A stretch of 63,277 bases of DNA, the filler included, from Octopus bimaculoides (Eukaryota): NCBI RefSeq assembly GCF_001194135.2. It is 6 parts of 5 records of this genome, joined end to end, with 100 filler letters (N's around TTAATTAATTAA, not from the genome) between each part and the next. Parts side by side here need not be neighbours in the genome. Positions count along the whole stretch, not along the records: positions 1 to 3,128 come from NC_069008.1; positions 3,229 to 25,725 come from NC_068987.1; 4 more parts are not named here. One strand, 5' to 3'. The translations under genes and the position numbers were made by a program. Positions 1 through 12,415 of the stretch are shown here, piece after piece (position 1 is the first letter of the stretch; each line of letters begins with the position of its first letter). Under the pieces are notes generated by a model, which was given only the letters and a program-made list of their open reading frames with translations, searched no databases and had not been told where the DNA came from.

Positions 1-9
1 ATATATATA

Positions 10-368
10 GGCGTAGGACTGGTTGTGTGGTAAGTAGCTTGCTTACCAACCACATGGTTCCGGGTCCAGTCCCACTGCGTGGCACCTTGGGCAAGTGACT
101 TCTGCTATAAGTCTCGGGCCGACCAGTCTTGTGAGTGGATTTGGTAGACGGAAACTGAAAGGAGCCCGTCGTATATATGTGTTTGTGTGTCTGTGTTTGT
201 CCCCCCAACATCGCTTGACAACCGATGCATAACTTAGCGGTTCGGCAAAAGAGACCGATAGAATAAGTACTAGGCTTACAAAGAATAAGCCCTGGAGTCG
301 ATTTGCTCGACTAAAGGCGGTGCTCCAGCATGGCCACAGTCAAATGACTGAAACAAGTAAAAGAGTAT
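10..368 (+). mobile_element. tRNA-derived SINE, family A, near full length
   Basis: Head GGCGTAGGACTGGTTGTGTGGTAAG...GGTTCCGGGTCCAGTCCC (A/B-box-like), internal TA/GT tract, tail ...GGCGGTGCTCCAGCATGGCCACAGTCAAATGACTGAAACAAG. The same segments recur at 1205, 29705, 48897 and 61580. Confidence 0.85.
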
Positions 369-1135
369 ATATAATATATATACATACACACGCACACACG
401 CATATATATATACACACACACACACAGAGACATTTATACACACGCGCGCACACATATTTACATACACATACACACACATACATATGTACCTATCCAGGTG
501 TATGTATAGTTGATTGTATAATATGTATACACACATACACACACATATCCTCACCACACGAATACACACGTGCATGTATAGAAAAAATGATTGTGCCCCT
601 CCCCACCAAATAAAAAAAAAATAACTTCCAGTAATAACAAAACCCAAAAGAAAATAAAGTGTAACAAAAAGAAAAGACAAAAAATTGTATGAAAATGAGT
701 TTAAAATTAATTAAAACACAAAAATCAAATAAAAAACACTGTAAAAAATAGACTAGACGATTCTCCCCGCTTAATCACACCCCAACCTCAAACCTGAACC
801 CGTGACCTAGCTTATTAAGAAGCTTATAACAACATTACACGGTCGTTAGTGGCGGGATGGTGGAGGTGAGGTGGGTATTGAAGCTGTCATGTTGTGACGT
901 CGTTTGTCAATCGGTCCGGCTGGCTGGCTGGTTGGTGGGTATGTATGTGGGCTTGCTGGCTGGCTGGTTGGCTGGTGACAAATGGCGTGTTTATGCATTT
1001 TGAGTTCAATTGCAGCAAAGAGGACAGGTGAGAGGGATTTAGGACATTTATTCATGCATATCTATCTTTCTGTCTGTCTCTATCTATCTGATCTGTCTAT
1101 CTATATATGTGTGCATGCGTGTATGTATACATATA

Positions 1136-1198
<63 letters not shown>

Positions 1199-1204
1199 GT
1201 TGCA

Positions 1205-1480
1205 TTTGTTTCGGTCATTTGACTGTGGCCATGGTAGGACATTGCCTTGATGAATTTTAGCCGAATGATTTGACTCCAGTATTTTTTATTTTTTGAAAGC
1301 ATTGTACTTGTTCTACTGGTTTCTTTTGCCGAGTCGATAAATTACGGGGACGTAAGCACACCAGCACCGGTTGTCAAGCAGTGGTGGGTGCCCCTCCTCC
1401 ACAGAGGACAGGTTTCTTTCAATTTCCGTTTACCAAATCCACTCACAAGACTTTGGTCAGCCCGAAGCTATAGTAGAAGC
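1205..1480 (-). mobile_element. SINE family A, 3' half plus middle segment, reverse orientation
   Basis: Reverse complement of the 110-368 segments (TCATTTGACTGTGGCCATG; TTTCCGTTTACCAAATCCACTCACAAG). Confidence 0.8.
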
Positions 1481-1494
1481 CAGCTGTCTGGTTT

Positions 1495-1686
1495 CCCCAT
1501 GCCGGTGGCACGTAAAATGCACCCACTACACTCTCGGAGTGGTTGGCGTTAGGAAGGGCATCCAGCTCTAGAAACACTGCCAGATCAGGCTGGAGCCTGG
1601 TGCAGCTTCCTGGTTTCACAGATCCCAGTCGAACCGTCCAACCCACTCTAGCATGGAAAACGGAAGTTAAATAATGATGAAGATGA
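1495..1686 (+). mobile_element. 3' part of another SINE/LINE-tail repeat ending in (GAT)n
   Basis: GTGGTTGGCGTTAGGAAGGGCATCCAGC...AGCATGGAAAACGGAAGTTAAATAATGATGAAGATGAT. Motif recalled from RTE-associated repeats; family assignment is inference. Confidence 0.5.
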
Positions 1687-1879
1687 TATCGTCCTCGTTT
1701 TCGTATACATTCGCTGCTTTCTTCCAAGGAATCTAGTGCTCTTAGCTTAGATTTTCCTTGGGGCTCGCCAGATTGCAGCAGTCTCGAGTATAACCAACCG
1801 AAATTGCAAAGATAATCTGGAACTCGACTGACGAAAGAAAGCTCCGAATGATCCTTCCTTGTATTATCCATCACCATCA

Positions 1880-2062
1880 CTACATTCACCATCGCCACCA
1901 ATAACCTCTACTACAACCACCACCAACATTACGACCACTACCATTAACAGTACCGCTACCACCACCACTCCAACCACTACCACTACCATCACCACTCCAA
2001 CCATTACCAACACCACCATTGCCACCACTCCAACCACTATTACCACCACTACCACTCCAACC
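1880..2062. repeat. ACC/ACT low-complexity tandem repeat running into a gap
   Basis: Repeated ACCACCACTCCAACCACTA units. Confidence 0.85.
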
Positions 2063-2714
2063 NNNNNNNNNNNNNNNNNNNNNNNNNNNNNNNNNNNNNN
2101 NNNNNNNNNNNNNNNNNNNNNNNNNNNNNNNNNNNNNNNNNNNNNNNNNNNNNNNNNNNNNNNNNNNNNNNNNNNNNNNNNNNNNNNNNNNNNNNNNNNN
2201 NNNNNNNNNNNNNNNNNNNNNNNNNNNNNNNNNNNNNNNNNNNNNNNNNNNNNNNNNNNNNNNNNNNNNNNNNNNNNNNNNNNNNNNNNNNNNNNNNNNN
2301 NNNNNNNNTATGTTCCGCAACCAACCAACACACGTTAAGCTGTGGGGCCCCTTTCAGAACCAATTAATTTCCCCCTCGCGCACGCATACCATGCTCCCCG
2401 CCTCCATCATTGCCACCAACGATGCTTATTTTATTAAAGAGATTAAGACAGTTTAGCGAGTTTTAAGAGTTTAGGGATTCAGAAGAGGAATCGGGTAGTG
2501 GTGGTGGTGGCGGCGGCGGAGATAGTGGTGTGGGTAGTGGCGATAGGGTGGAGGACGGAGTTGCGCATATGGTAGGATAGGTGTAAGGGTAGGATTATAG
2601 TGAGGGTTAGGGGTAGAGCCGATTATAAGGGTCCCCTAAAACAAATGATCCCTGGGAAATCGAAAGAATCTTCGGGATTCGGATTATTAGCAACATCCGG
2701 TGATTAATATTGTG

Positions 2715-2880
2715 TGTGTCTGGCTGTGTGGTAAGAAGGCTGCTTCCCAACCACATGATTCCGGGTTCAGTCCCACTGCATCCCACCCTTTAAGGTGGTG
2801 CTCCAGTCAGTTGACTGCGGTCATGCTGGAGCACCGTCTTGAAGGGTTTTTGTCGAACAAATCGACCCGAGGACTTATTT
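2715..2880. mobile_element. SINE A head (+) fused to SINE A tail (-)
   Basis: GGCTGTGTGGTAAGAAG...CAGTCCCACTGC followed by TTGACTGCGGTCATGCTGGAGCACCG (reverse tail). Confidence 0.65.
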
Positions 2881-2934
2881 CTTATTTATTCTATTTCTTT
2901 TATTTCTTTATTGCCCACAAGAGGCTAAACACAG

Positions 2935-3127
2935 GGGACAAACAAGGACAGACAAAGGGATTAAGTCGATTACAGCGACCCCAGTGCATAACTGGTACTT
3001 AATTTATCGACCCTGAAAGGATGAAGGGCAAAGTCGACCTCGGAAGAATTTGAACTCAGAGCGTAACGGCAGACAAAATACCGCTAAGTATTTCGCCCGG
3101 CGTGCTAACGTTTCTGCCAGCTCGTTT
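2935..3127 (-). mobile_element. tRNA-derived SINE, family B
   Basis: Reverse complement reads GAGCTGGCAGAAACGTTAGCACGCCGGGCG...CTGAGTTCAAATT...GAGGTCGACTTTGCCCTTCATCCTTTCAGGGTCGATAAATTAAGTACCAG. More than 12 related copies occur in the window. Confidence 0.85.
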
Positions 3128-3172
3128 CNNNNNNNNNNNNNNNNNNNNNNNNNNNNNNNNNNNNNNNNNNNN

Positions 3173-3184
3173 TTAATTAATTAA
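3173..3184. other. Assembly linker TTAATTAATTAA inside a 100-bp N block (also 25770, 43821, 56543, 62092)
   Basis: The identical 12-mer recurs five times centred in N blocks (44 N on each side at 3129-3228). It is palindromic with TAA stops in all six frames. Confidence 0.95.
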
Positions 3185-3298
3185 NNNNNNNNNNNNNNNN
3201 NNNNNNNNNNNNNNNNNNNNNNNNNNNNTACATATATGCATACTTATATAAATATATAACCATTAAGATATATAAGTGTGTGTGTGTGTGTGTATGTG

Positions 3299-3343
<45 letters not shown>

Positions 3344-3853
3344 CTGTGTGTGTATGATTTCTGGAATCAGATAATCAGATTAAATGTAATACTGATTTGA
3401 AAGAGAGCACAACATAATATTAAGAGAGAAATAATAGCCACACAATAGTTCAAAATTGACGTTTACCCGTTCTTTATTTACAAAACTAAAATGGAGTTTA
3501 ACTTGCCAAAAAAACAACAGAAAAACTAACAAATATTAGCTATAAAATTAATATTCCAATATGAAAATTAATATTCGAATTTCCATTTCTGTATGAATAT
3601 TCCAAACATTATTGTTTCAGACCATTTTCTTATCATTGAGAAGCTTGGATTTAAGACATAATTAGAAAGAGAATATTGAAATTAGTTTTCAGCTTATGAA
3701 AAGAATTACATACGAATTTAGACTTCTCGATTTCTTCCCCTCTTTCGTAGTGTTTGTTGACTCGTTTCTCTCTCTATATGCCTCATCCTTTCGCATCCAA
3801 CGCTCTTAGTTTATCCTTTTAATCATCGCAATTCTCCCTCTCAATCTCTCCCT

Positions 3854-3928
<75 letters not shown>

Positions 3929-4581
3929 TCCATTTGTTTATTTCTTGCTTCATTCTACCTTACCTTAATTATGTCAAATAAAATTCCTATTCCCTCACAT
4001 TCTCTCAATACATACACATACAAACACTCGCACACGCACAAATGTATAATCATACATACAAATATATATATATATATATATATATCTGTATGNNNNNNNN
4101 NNNNNNNNNNNNNNNNNNNNNNNNNNNNNNNNNNNNNNNNNNNNNNNNNNNNNNNNNNNNNNNNNNNNNNNNNNNNNNNNNNNNNNNNNNNNNNNNNNNN
4201 NNNNNNNNNNNNNNNNNNNNNNNNNNNNNNNNNNNNNNNNNNNNNNNNNNNNNNNNNNNNNNNNNNNNNNNNNNATATATATAATATATATATATGTATA
4301 TAAATATGTATATATATTGATGTATATATATATATGTATATAAATATATATATATATATATGTATGTATGTATGTATATATATGTGTGTGTGTGTGTGTG
4401 TGTGCGTGTGTGTATAGATATATATGCATACAGATATATGCGTAAAGCATACACAGCTAATATAAATACACACACACACACACACATATACATCATATAT
4501 ATACACATAAATGCCAGCTTATGTATGAATGTTTATATGTATACACACATACATATATATGCATGCATGTATGTGTGTGTC

Positions 4582-4642
<61 letters not shown>

Positions 4643-4859
4643 GTGTATATAGAGCAAAATTTAAGATATCAACGCCAGAGAAAAAGTTTGTTTAAACAAC
4701 TGTTATGATACTTCACCGCCCGCAGATCGATATTTTATCAATGTTAACCAGCCATTGAATTCCACACAGTAACAAAATCTTACCCGCCAACCCATCTCTT
4801 CTTTCCGCTTCGCCAATACTAATACTACCGTCTTCATCCTAATCATCATTTTCATCATT

Positions 4860-7760
4860 ACTAACAACCCTAGCAGCAGCAGCAGCAGCAGCAGCAGAAT
4901 AAGCAGCAGTAGCAGCCGTAGTAGCAGCAGAAATCTACTATATGACCACAAAAACTGAACGAACAATAACAAAATACACGAAAATCAACAAGAAACCATT
5001 TTTCTAACAATGATAGTGACAATATCATGACCGCTAGTTCCATCGCAACAAACACTAACATTGACATTGCTGCCGCTAATACTAGAACCGTAACGGTCAC
5101 CGTCATCACTGTCATCACTGTCACAAGCAGTATTAAAACTACCATGACGATCACCACCGCTGTCACCACCAATCACCGCCACCATCATCATCTTCACGAA
5201 CACTATCAGCACCACCGACACCGTCAATACCACCAACACCAACAATACTACCATCCATCATCATCGTCAACATTACAAACGCTTGCGCCAGCACCAGCGC
5301 CAGCACCAGCGCCAGCACCGGCNNNNNNNNNNNNNNNNNNNNNNNNNNNNNNNNNNNNNNNNNNNNNNNNNNNNNNNNNNNNNNNNNNNNNNNNNNNNNN
5401 NNNNNNNNNNNNNNNNNNNNNNNNNNNNNNNNNNNNNNNNNNNNNNNNNNNNNNNNNNNNNNNNNNNNNNNNNNNNNNNNNNNNNNNNNNNNNNNNNNNN
5501 NNNNNNNNNNNNNNNNNNNNNNNNNNNNNNNNNNNNNNNNNNNNNNNNNNNNNNNNNNNNNNNNNNNNNNNNNNNNNNNNNNNNNNNNNNNNNNNNNNNN
5601 NNNNNNNNNNNNNNNNNNNNNNNNNNNNNNNNNNNNNNNNNNNNNNNNNNNNNNNNNNNNNNNNNNNNNNNNNNNNNNNNNNNNNNNNNNNNNNNNNNNN
5701 NNNNNNNNNNNNNNNNNNNNNNNNNNNNNNNNNNNNNNNNNNNNNNNNNNNNNNNNNNNNNNNNNNNNNNNNNNNNNNNNNNNNNNNNNNNNNNNNNNNN
5801 NNNNNNNNNNNNNNNNNNNNNNNNNNNNNNNNNNNNNNNNNNNNNNNNNNNNNNNNNNNNNNNNNNNNNNNNNNNNNNNNNNNNNNNNNNNNNNNNNNNN
5901 NNNNNNNNNNNNNNNNNNNNNNNNNNNNNNNNNNNNNNNNNNNNNNNNNNNNNNNNNNNNNNNNNNNNNNNNNNNNNNNNNNNNNNNNNNNNNNNNNNNN
6001 NNNNNNNNNNNNNNNNNNNNNNNNNNNNNNNNNNNNNNNNNNNNNNNNNNNNNNNNNNNNNNNNNNNNNNNNNNNNNNNNNNNNNNNNNNNNNNNNNNNN
6101 NNNNNNNNNNNNNNNNNNNNNNNNNNNNNNNNNNNNNNNNNNNNNNNNNNNNNNNNNNNNNNNNNNNNNNNNNNNNNNNNNNNNNNNNNNNNNNNNNNNN
6201 NNNNNNNNNNNNNNNNNNNNNNNNNNNNNNNNNNNNNNNNNNNNNNNNNNNNNNNNNNNNNNNNNNNNNNNNNNNNNNNNNNNNNNNNNNNNNNNNNNNN
6301 NNNNNNNNNNNNNNNNNNNNNCAACGTGACCACGACCACGACCAACAATAATAGCAACAACAACGACATCGGCAACAACAATTAAAACAATCAAGTTGTA
6401 AAAAGAAGAACAAAAAAACAAAGCGCGTAACAACGAAAACAGAAACATGAAGACGATCAGAACTGTAGAGTAACAACCACCACCACAACAACAACAACCA
6501 GAGCAAAATGGTAGTGAAAATAATAACATCGGCAACATCAAGAACAACTGCAAACAGAGCAATAGTAATGGCGGCGACGACGACGACGACGACGGAGCTG
6601 CAACAATAAGAATCGCAGCAGTCACAACACCAAAAATAATAGCCACTTGAATAGAATTGAGGCTGGCGCCGTCGCCGCCGCCGCCGCCGCCGCCACCACC
6701 ACCACCGTCGTCGTCATCATCAGTGTCATCATCATCATTGTCATCATGATCATTGTCATCATCATCGTGTTCGTCACTGCCACTATCATCACCATCACCA
6801 CCACTATCTTAATCACCGCCACCAACACCACCATCATACCACCATCAACACCATCACCACCACCATAACCACCACCACTGTCATCACCATCACCGCCACT
6901 ACCACCACCGTCGTCGTCATCATCATTGTTATCATCATCATTGTCATCATCATCGTGTTCGTCACTGCCATTATCAACACCACCACCACAACTAACACCT
7001 CCACCACCACCATCTTAATCACCGCCACCAACACCACCATCATACCACCATCAACACTATCACCACCACTGTCATCAGCATCATTATCATTATAATTATC
7101 ATCATCAACAACGTCATTATGAAGAACAAGAGCAGCAGGAACAACAATAACAACACTAACGGTGAAATGTTGTTAACAACAATAGCATCACCACCAGTCA
7201 CCAAGCTTCCTAATTATGAAAATCCATNNNNNNNNNNACCAAGCTTCCTAATTATGAAAATCCATAACAACAGCATCGACAACAAAACCAAAAAAACTAT
7301 ATCAGCAGCAGCGGCAGCAACAACAACAACAACAACAACAACAACGACGACCACGACGACCACAACGACGACCACGACGACAACAACAACATGAACAAAA
7401 CTGCAACAATAAAGCTACAACAAAAACAACTTCCACACCAACAATAATAATAGGAACGTCAACAATATTGAAAGGAATATAAAAAATATATATATATATA
7501 ACTCTATGATATCAATTATCAATAGGAATGACAACAGCGTCAATAGGAACTTCACCACCACCTCTTCCGACGCCACCACCACCATCACCACTAACAACAA
7601 CAACAACAACAGCATCATCGACAATATAGAGAATTCAATAACAATTGCAACAACAACGAAGACATGATCAACAACAAAAAACAAGAACAAATTCAACAAC
7701 AACAACAACAACAACAATGAAAACAATAACAAGAACGTTGCACTATATATTTGAACTGCT
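4860..7760. repeat. Trinucleotide low-complexity region (CAG/CAC/CAT/AAC) with a ~205-bp imperfect tandem duplication at ~6695-7060
   Basis: Direct reading: the block GTCGTCGTCATCATC...TTAATCACCGCCACCAACACCACCATCATACCACCATCAAC occurs twice. Confidence 0.85.
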
Positions 7761-8484
7761 TTTAATTTTTCTACTGCAAACAATACTGACCTGCGCTAAT
7801 GATAACAACATTCCGAAGTAGAAACTAGTCTTCTCTCACTTCGTAACTGTACTCTGAGCCGAGCACCAATCAATACTTCCATTGTCTTATATTATTAGAA
7901 AGAAACTAAACCAACTTTATCGGACACCATTTTATATTATATTATTATAATATATTATTTTATTAATCTTTTATTATTTTTCCTATATATTTTTGATTCT
8001 CTTTTAAGCACATTGTGTTTCCTTGTTCTGCTCTCTCCATTATCAATGCTCCTTATTTCCGCAATATTCCTGTTTGCTTCATTCATTCTTTAACATTAAT
8101 GCCTCTGTACACAACAACCATCCCGTAACACATACATACACCCCATTCTCGTGTTCACACACATACACCCCATTCTCGTGTTCACACATAGTTTTAGTTT
8201 GCTAAGCTTTCGTTATTAAAAGCGACACTGAAGAAATTATAAAGCTAAGCCGTGAAACGGCCTTTTCAATGAAAGGAAAATCAAGTCTTTCTTGTTGTCT
8301 TCTCTTCCCTTAGTGCATTAACAATATTCAGTTATGACGTATTTTAATGTTTATATATTTTTTTCATCCATCATCTTCCTTTATGCTAAATATATCGGTA
8401 TCAGCATAATTAGAACCTTTATTTGGAATATTCTGCATTATTGTTGTCAAAATTTTCATTATTATTATTATTGTTGTTGCTGGT

Positions 8485-8491
8485 ATTATTA

Positions 8492-8586
<95 letters not shown>

Positions 8587-8646
8587 TTATTTATTTTTAT
8601 TGATGTGTTCCTCTTCCTTAATAATAATAATAACAATAATAATAAC

Positions 8647-8700
<54 letters not shown>
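8485..8700. repeat. (ATT)n followed by (AAT)n microsatellites
   Basis: Direct reading. Confidence 0.95.
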
Positions 8701-8702
<2 letters not shown>

Positions 8703-9528
8703 TACTTTATTGGGTACAAGGATTCATATAGAGGATGCGAAGCGTGTAATTCAAAAGGGGTTACAAAGCATATAGGCATGTGTCCATGTATCATTGACGA
8801 TGTTGGGCCAAAAGCATATTACATAAAAATGTCCTATGCAAAATGTAAAGTACGAGAAATTCCCCCACACAGGTGTGAGAAACCACCATAAGCTGCTAAG
8901 TCGAACTGAGACGTCCCCAACGCCCTCTGGCTGTATGTCCTCATCTGTCGGAAGCTATGAGTAGCATGATCGTGAACAATCGTCTATGATACTGGGGTAA
9001 CTGACACATACCACATCTCTTCTTTAACCAGATTCGTCTTGTTTTAAGACCAGCATGAAGTCAAGAACGCGAAGAATACTCCCTAATCATCATAGAATTC
9101 AAACACACTATGGCATTGGGCGTCTTTTCGAAAGGGAGTTCCAACCTCTTAACTTTACTCTTGTTTTCCTCACCCGTGTTTTATTTTTGTTTTACCATCC
9201 CCTAGAGTTTCCCACTCTACTTTAGTCACTGTACCTACTCATCGCCCCCCAGACGATAGATTATGCTGCTGTTCCTACCCTTGGCTGGTTGTGTGCTGGG
9301 ACCGTCCTCTCAATCTTCATCGACCACGGAGCCGATGGCATAAAAGATCAGTTCACTTTAATTCTTTGTGCTCTAACTATGATGAGAACTGCAGCTAGAC
9401 ATATTCCGTAAACATCCGTAGCACTAGACATGCACTTCACCTATGAAGTTTGTTTCTATTGGTGCTGCTTCATTGTTGGTGTCTACCACCGTCGTTTTAT
9501 TATTTCCTTTCGTTTTCAGGTGTTACTG

Positions 9529-9623
9529 AAACCCTCTAATCTACACTAAACTCTCTAATCTACACTAAACCCTCTAATCTACACTAAACCCTCTAATCTA
9601 CACTAAACCCTCTAATCTACACT
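9529..9623. repeat. 19-bp minisatellite x5 (AAACCCTCTAATCTACACT)
   Basis: Five contiguous copies, one with a C>T change. Confidence 0.95.
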
Positions 9624-9899
9624 ACTCGTGTGATAGTCAACTTCTCTTCTTCCTGGATTATATGTAACCCCGTTATAACCATAGAATCATTGTAGACATC
9701 AGAGTTTAGACATTATTCCCGATAACATATTTAGATATTCCTCCCTATTTAGACGTTCCTCCTGATGACATATTGATGGTCACCTACGAGCTTACATAAA
9801 TGGGTTTATTATGGAACAAGTATGGACAAAGACTTTGGCTGTAATTATAAAATTACAGCGACACAACTGTAGCAAAACAGAGAATAGGTGAGGAATATC

Positions 9900-10352
9900 T
9901 ATATAGAAAGCTCTTCCTTGACAAAGACTCTACTTTCTTGAATAGAATCTTGGGGTGGGAATAAAAACTGTTTTTCATTTTCTTTCAGTGCCCAAAGTCG
10001 AGTTCTATATTTTCACGAAAGGCATTTGGAAATAAATGGAGTATTTTGCTATCATTAATAGTATTGCTGTCTGTAGTGTTTAACAATACATTTTCCAATA
10101 TTTTCCACAATATTCTCTTTGGTTCTTTCAGAGTACAAGTAGAGGTGCTGAAACTTGAACCTCTATCTGGTTGTTACTATTGTATCTTTTTATATACTTT
10201 TGGAAAGTTTGGAAACATTTGGGGATTGTGAATGCTTTTCGTTTTTTTTTTTTAAGGCTTGGATTACCGTATTCGAGGTTAGCACTCTGGGCTCGATGTA
10301 ATCGACTATACCCCACAAAAAATATTCAGGCCTTGTGCCTATATTCGAAAGG

Positions 10353-10412
<60 letters not shown>

Positions 10413-10700
10413 GCAGATGTTGTTGTTGCGGTTGTTTTTGTTTGTACTGTTGTTAATTTTATTATATTTTTATCATAATTATCAATATAATTATTACGTT
10501 TTACCTGAATGGACTTGTTTGCTTCATTTTCCCAATATCTTTGGATTTTAGGTTTTATTGCAAGTAAAAAGAAAAATTCTTTTAAATATTTTACCAAAAG
10601 AATGCTTTGGAACATCTGTGTTCCCACCTTATTGTAAATACTGTGTGCTTTGGAACATTTTACGTTTTAATATTTGTAAACATTTAGCTTACTCACAATT
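9900..10700 (-). mobile_element. Possible very decayed Penelope-like fragment
   Basis: Minus-strand peptides NKVGTQMF (cf. TNIGKxF), NNYIDNYDKNII (cf. SIISxHNKKIL) and LWALKENEKQF (cf. IWKLKENNI). Weak similarity only. Confidence 0.35.
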
Positions 10701-11229
10701 TGACATGGATTCCTGTTTGGGAGTTGCAGGAAAAAATCACCACAATGGAGGTTGCACTATCATAAACAAACACGCCTACCGTTACAAACATGTGACAATA
10801 TTAACACAAATTCTAATAATGAAAAACAACTGAAACAAAACTCATAAGATCCAACTGGTAAACACACACAGGAGAAAAAATATAATGACTTGCCAACAAA
10901 CAACGTTGACTCTATCGGCCCGAATACACGGAGCGAAAATAAATAAAAGGAAACAACAGCAGCGGCATTAGTTGCAACACGCATGGTATTGTTTGCAAGC
11001 AAACGGGAAAATTTGGATTGAAGCTAAGCTCGGTCATAGAAACAATTTGGACAAACTTGGTGGTGTATAACAAGACTCTCCTATTTACTCTTGAACTCTT
11101 TGAAGCAGTATGTAAAGAGAAATTGTGTGTACTTTTCTCTCATATAGTCTGAAGAGGAGATGAACGTCTGTTGCATGTTTCTAAAAAGAATATATTGTAT
11201 AAACTATCAACGTCAGCCCTCATGTTGAA

Positions 11230-12415
11230 ATAGTATGACTCTCGCCTTACATAGGCTTCCAGTTCGTCAACAGGTTATAAGCTATATGCTTACAACCGCT
11301 GAAAATTTCGAATCTAGAATTCAGCAGTGTGCTAGAGTTCTTAGATCTGAAATGGTTATAGCTTATATTTTTTTCATCCGTTAATATGACAGAGTTTTCG
11401 ACTATTTTTCACTTTATCGCACGTGATGTGGCGTTGGACTTCAAACTCGATAAATGGCTAATTAGCCAAATTAGTAGCTTTACTTTTGCCCCTGTGTCGG
11501 TAGGAAGATATGTAATTAGTGGAGTGACTTTTAAAGTCGAATTCACTTATTCCAGTATAGCTCTTCCTATCGATTGTGTTATCTAGTGTTGCTGTAATAT
11601 CTGCCTCATATATGACGGATTTAATCCCATATCCCTGGTCGAGTGGACAGGTTGTTGGTTCTCGACAGTTACAACTGGGAGCGGGCTCTTTGTTTTGTTC
11701 TCGTGTAATGACGCTTTTCATACTGGGTCAGGAGCTATATGATAATTTCACTGAGCGCTTGTTAAATACTTTTCTGTAACTGTGACAAATGTTTGTCTAA
11801 AAGAAACAGGATTTTTTTCTTTTTTACCTATGTTAGCTTTTACTCGAAGGGACAAGGAGGAGGGGCGAACCTTTATTAGGTCTATTTTAGGTCTAATATT
11901 ATTATTCCTATTACTATTAGAAGGATTTTATGTGAATCTATCCTTAATGCCACTATTGGCTATGACATTGCTGTAGTAGTGGTCTACCTTCTCGAAATTT
12001 TCTGTAGTCGAAATGAGTTTCGATACTCTGTTACTAATGTTAGCTATCAGATTTTTCACTACTACAGAGGGCAGGGTAACAATACTGTTTATGTATATAG
12101 GAAAGTTTCTCGTTGGCCTTATGGTAAGGTTTATAAGAGGAGGAGTTTAGGTCGAGGGAAATATCTAAAAAAAATGATCTTTTGACAGATTAGGAGCGAC
12201 TGTGATTATAAGACCTAATTAACTGAAGGTAGAGGTAAGTAGTTTCCTAAATTTATCTAAGGTGTGACCAGCACAGCCATGGGAAATACCCAATCTATCG
12301 CCTTGGTATAGATAACGTTGTGAGTTGGGTATTTTGATCTCAATGTATTTAATACAAAGAGACCTAAACGATCGCGGATGTCAGAACTATCTGAGTTCTT
12401 TCAGCTACGCATAGC
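11230..12415 (-). mobile_element. Decayed Penelope-like element: RT C-terminal half plus GIY-YIG endonuclease
   Basis: Collinear minus-strand motifs LGLFVLNTL; degenerate catalytic YQGD (cf. YRDD, ~12300); FLDISLDLNSSSYKPYHKANEKLSYIH; VFNKRSVKLSYS*PSMKSVI; CNCREPTTCPL..SVIYEA..KSYTG; AIK*KIV. Many stops and frameshifts. Confidence 0.85.

Noticed and set aside
1859-2338. Thr/Pro-rich mucin-like ORF
   Set aside because: Low-complexity ACC repeat spanning a gap; all frames are open for compositional reasons.
2460-2640. TTAGGG-like motifs as an interstitial telomere
   Set aside because: Isolated single hexamers in G-rich low-complexity sequence.
5027-6385. 452-aa His/Gln/Ala-Pro ORF
   Set aside because: Mostly N; the flanks are trinucleotide repeats.
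7201-7267. Direct repeat CCAAGCTTCCTAATTATGAAAATCCAT
   Set aside because: Duplicated across a 10-N gap, i.e. a contig overlap artefact (likewise ~62680-62790).
9529-9623. 19-bp repeats as telomeric or CRISPR repeats
   Set aside because: Not TTAGGG-based and no spacers.
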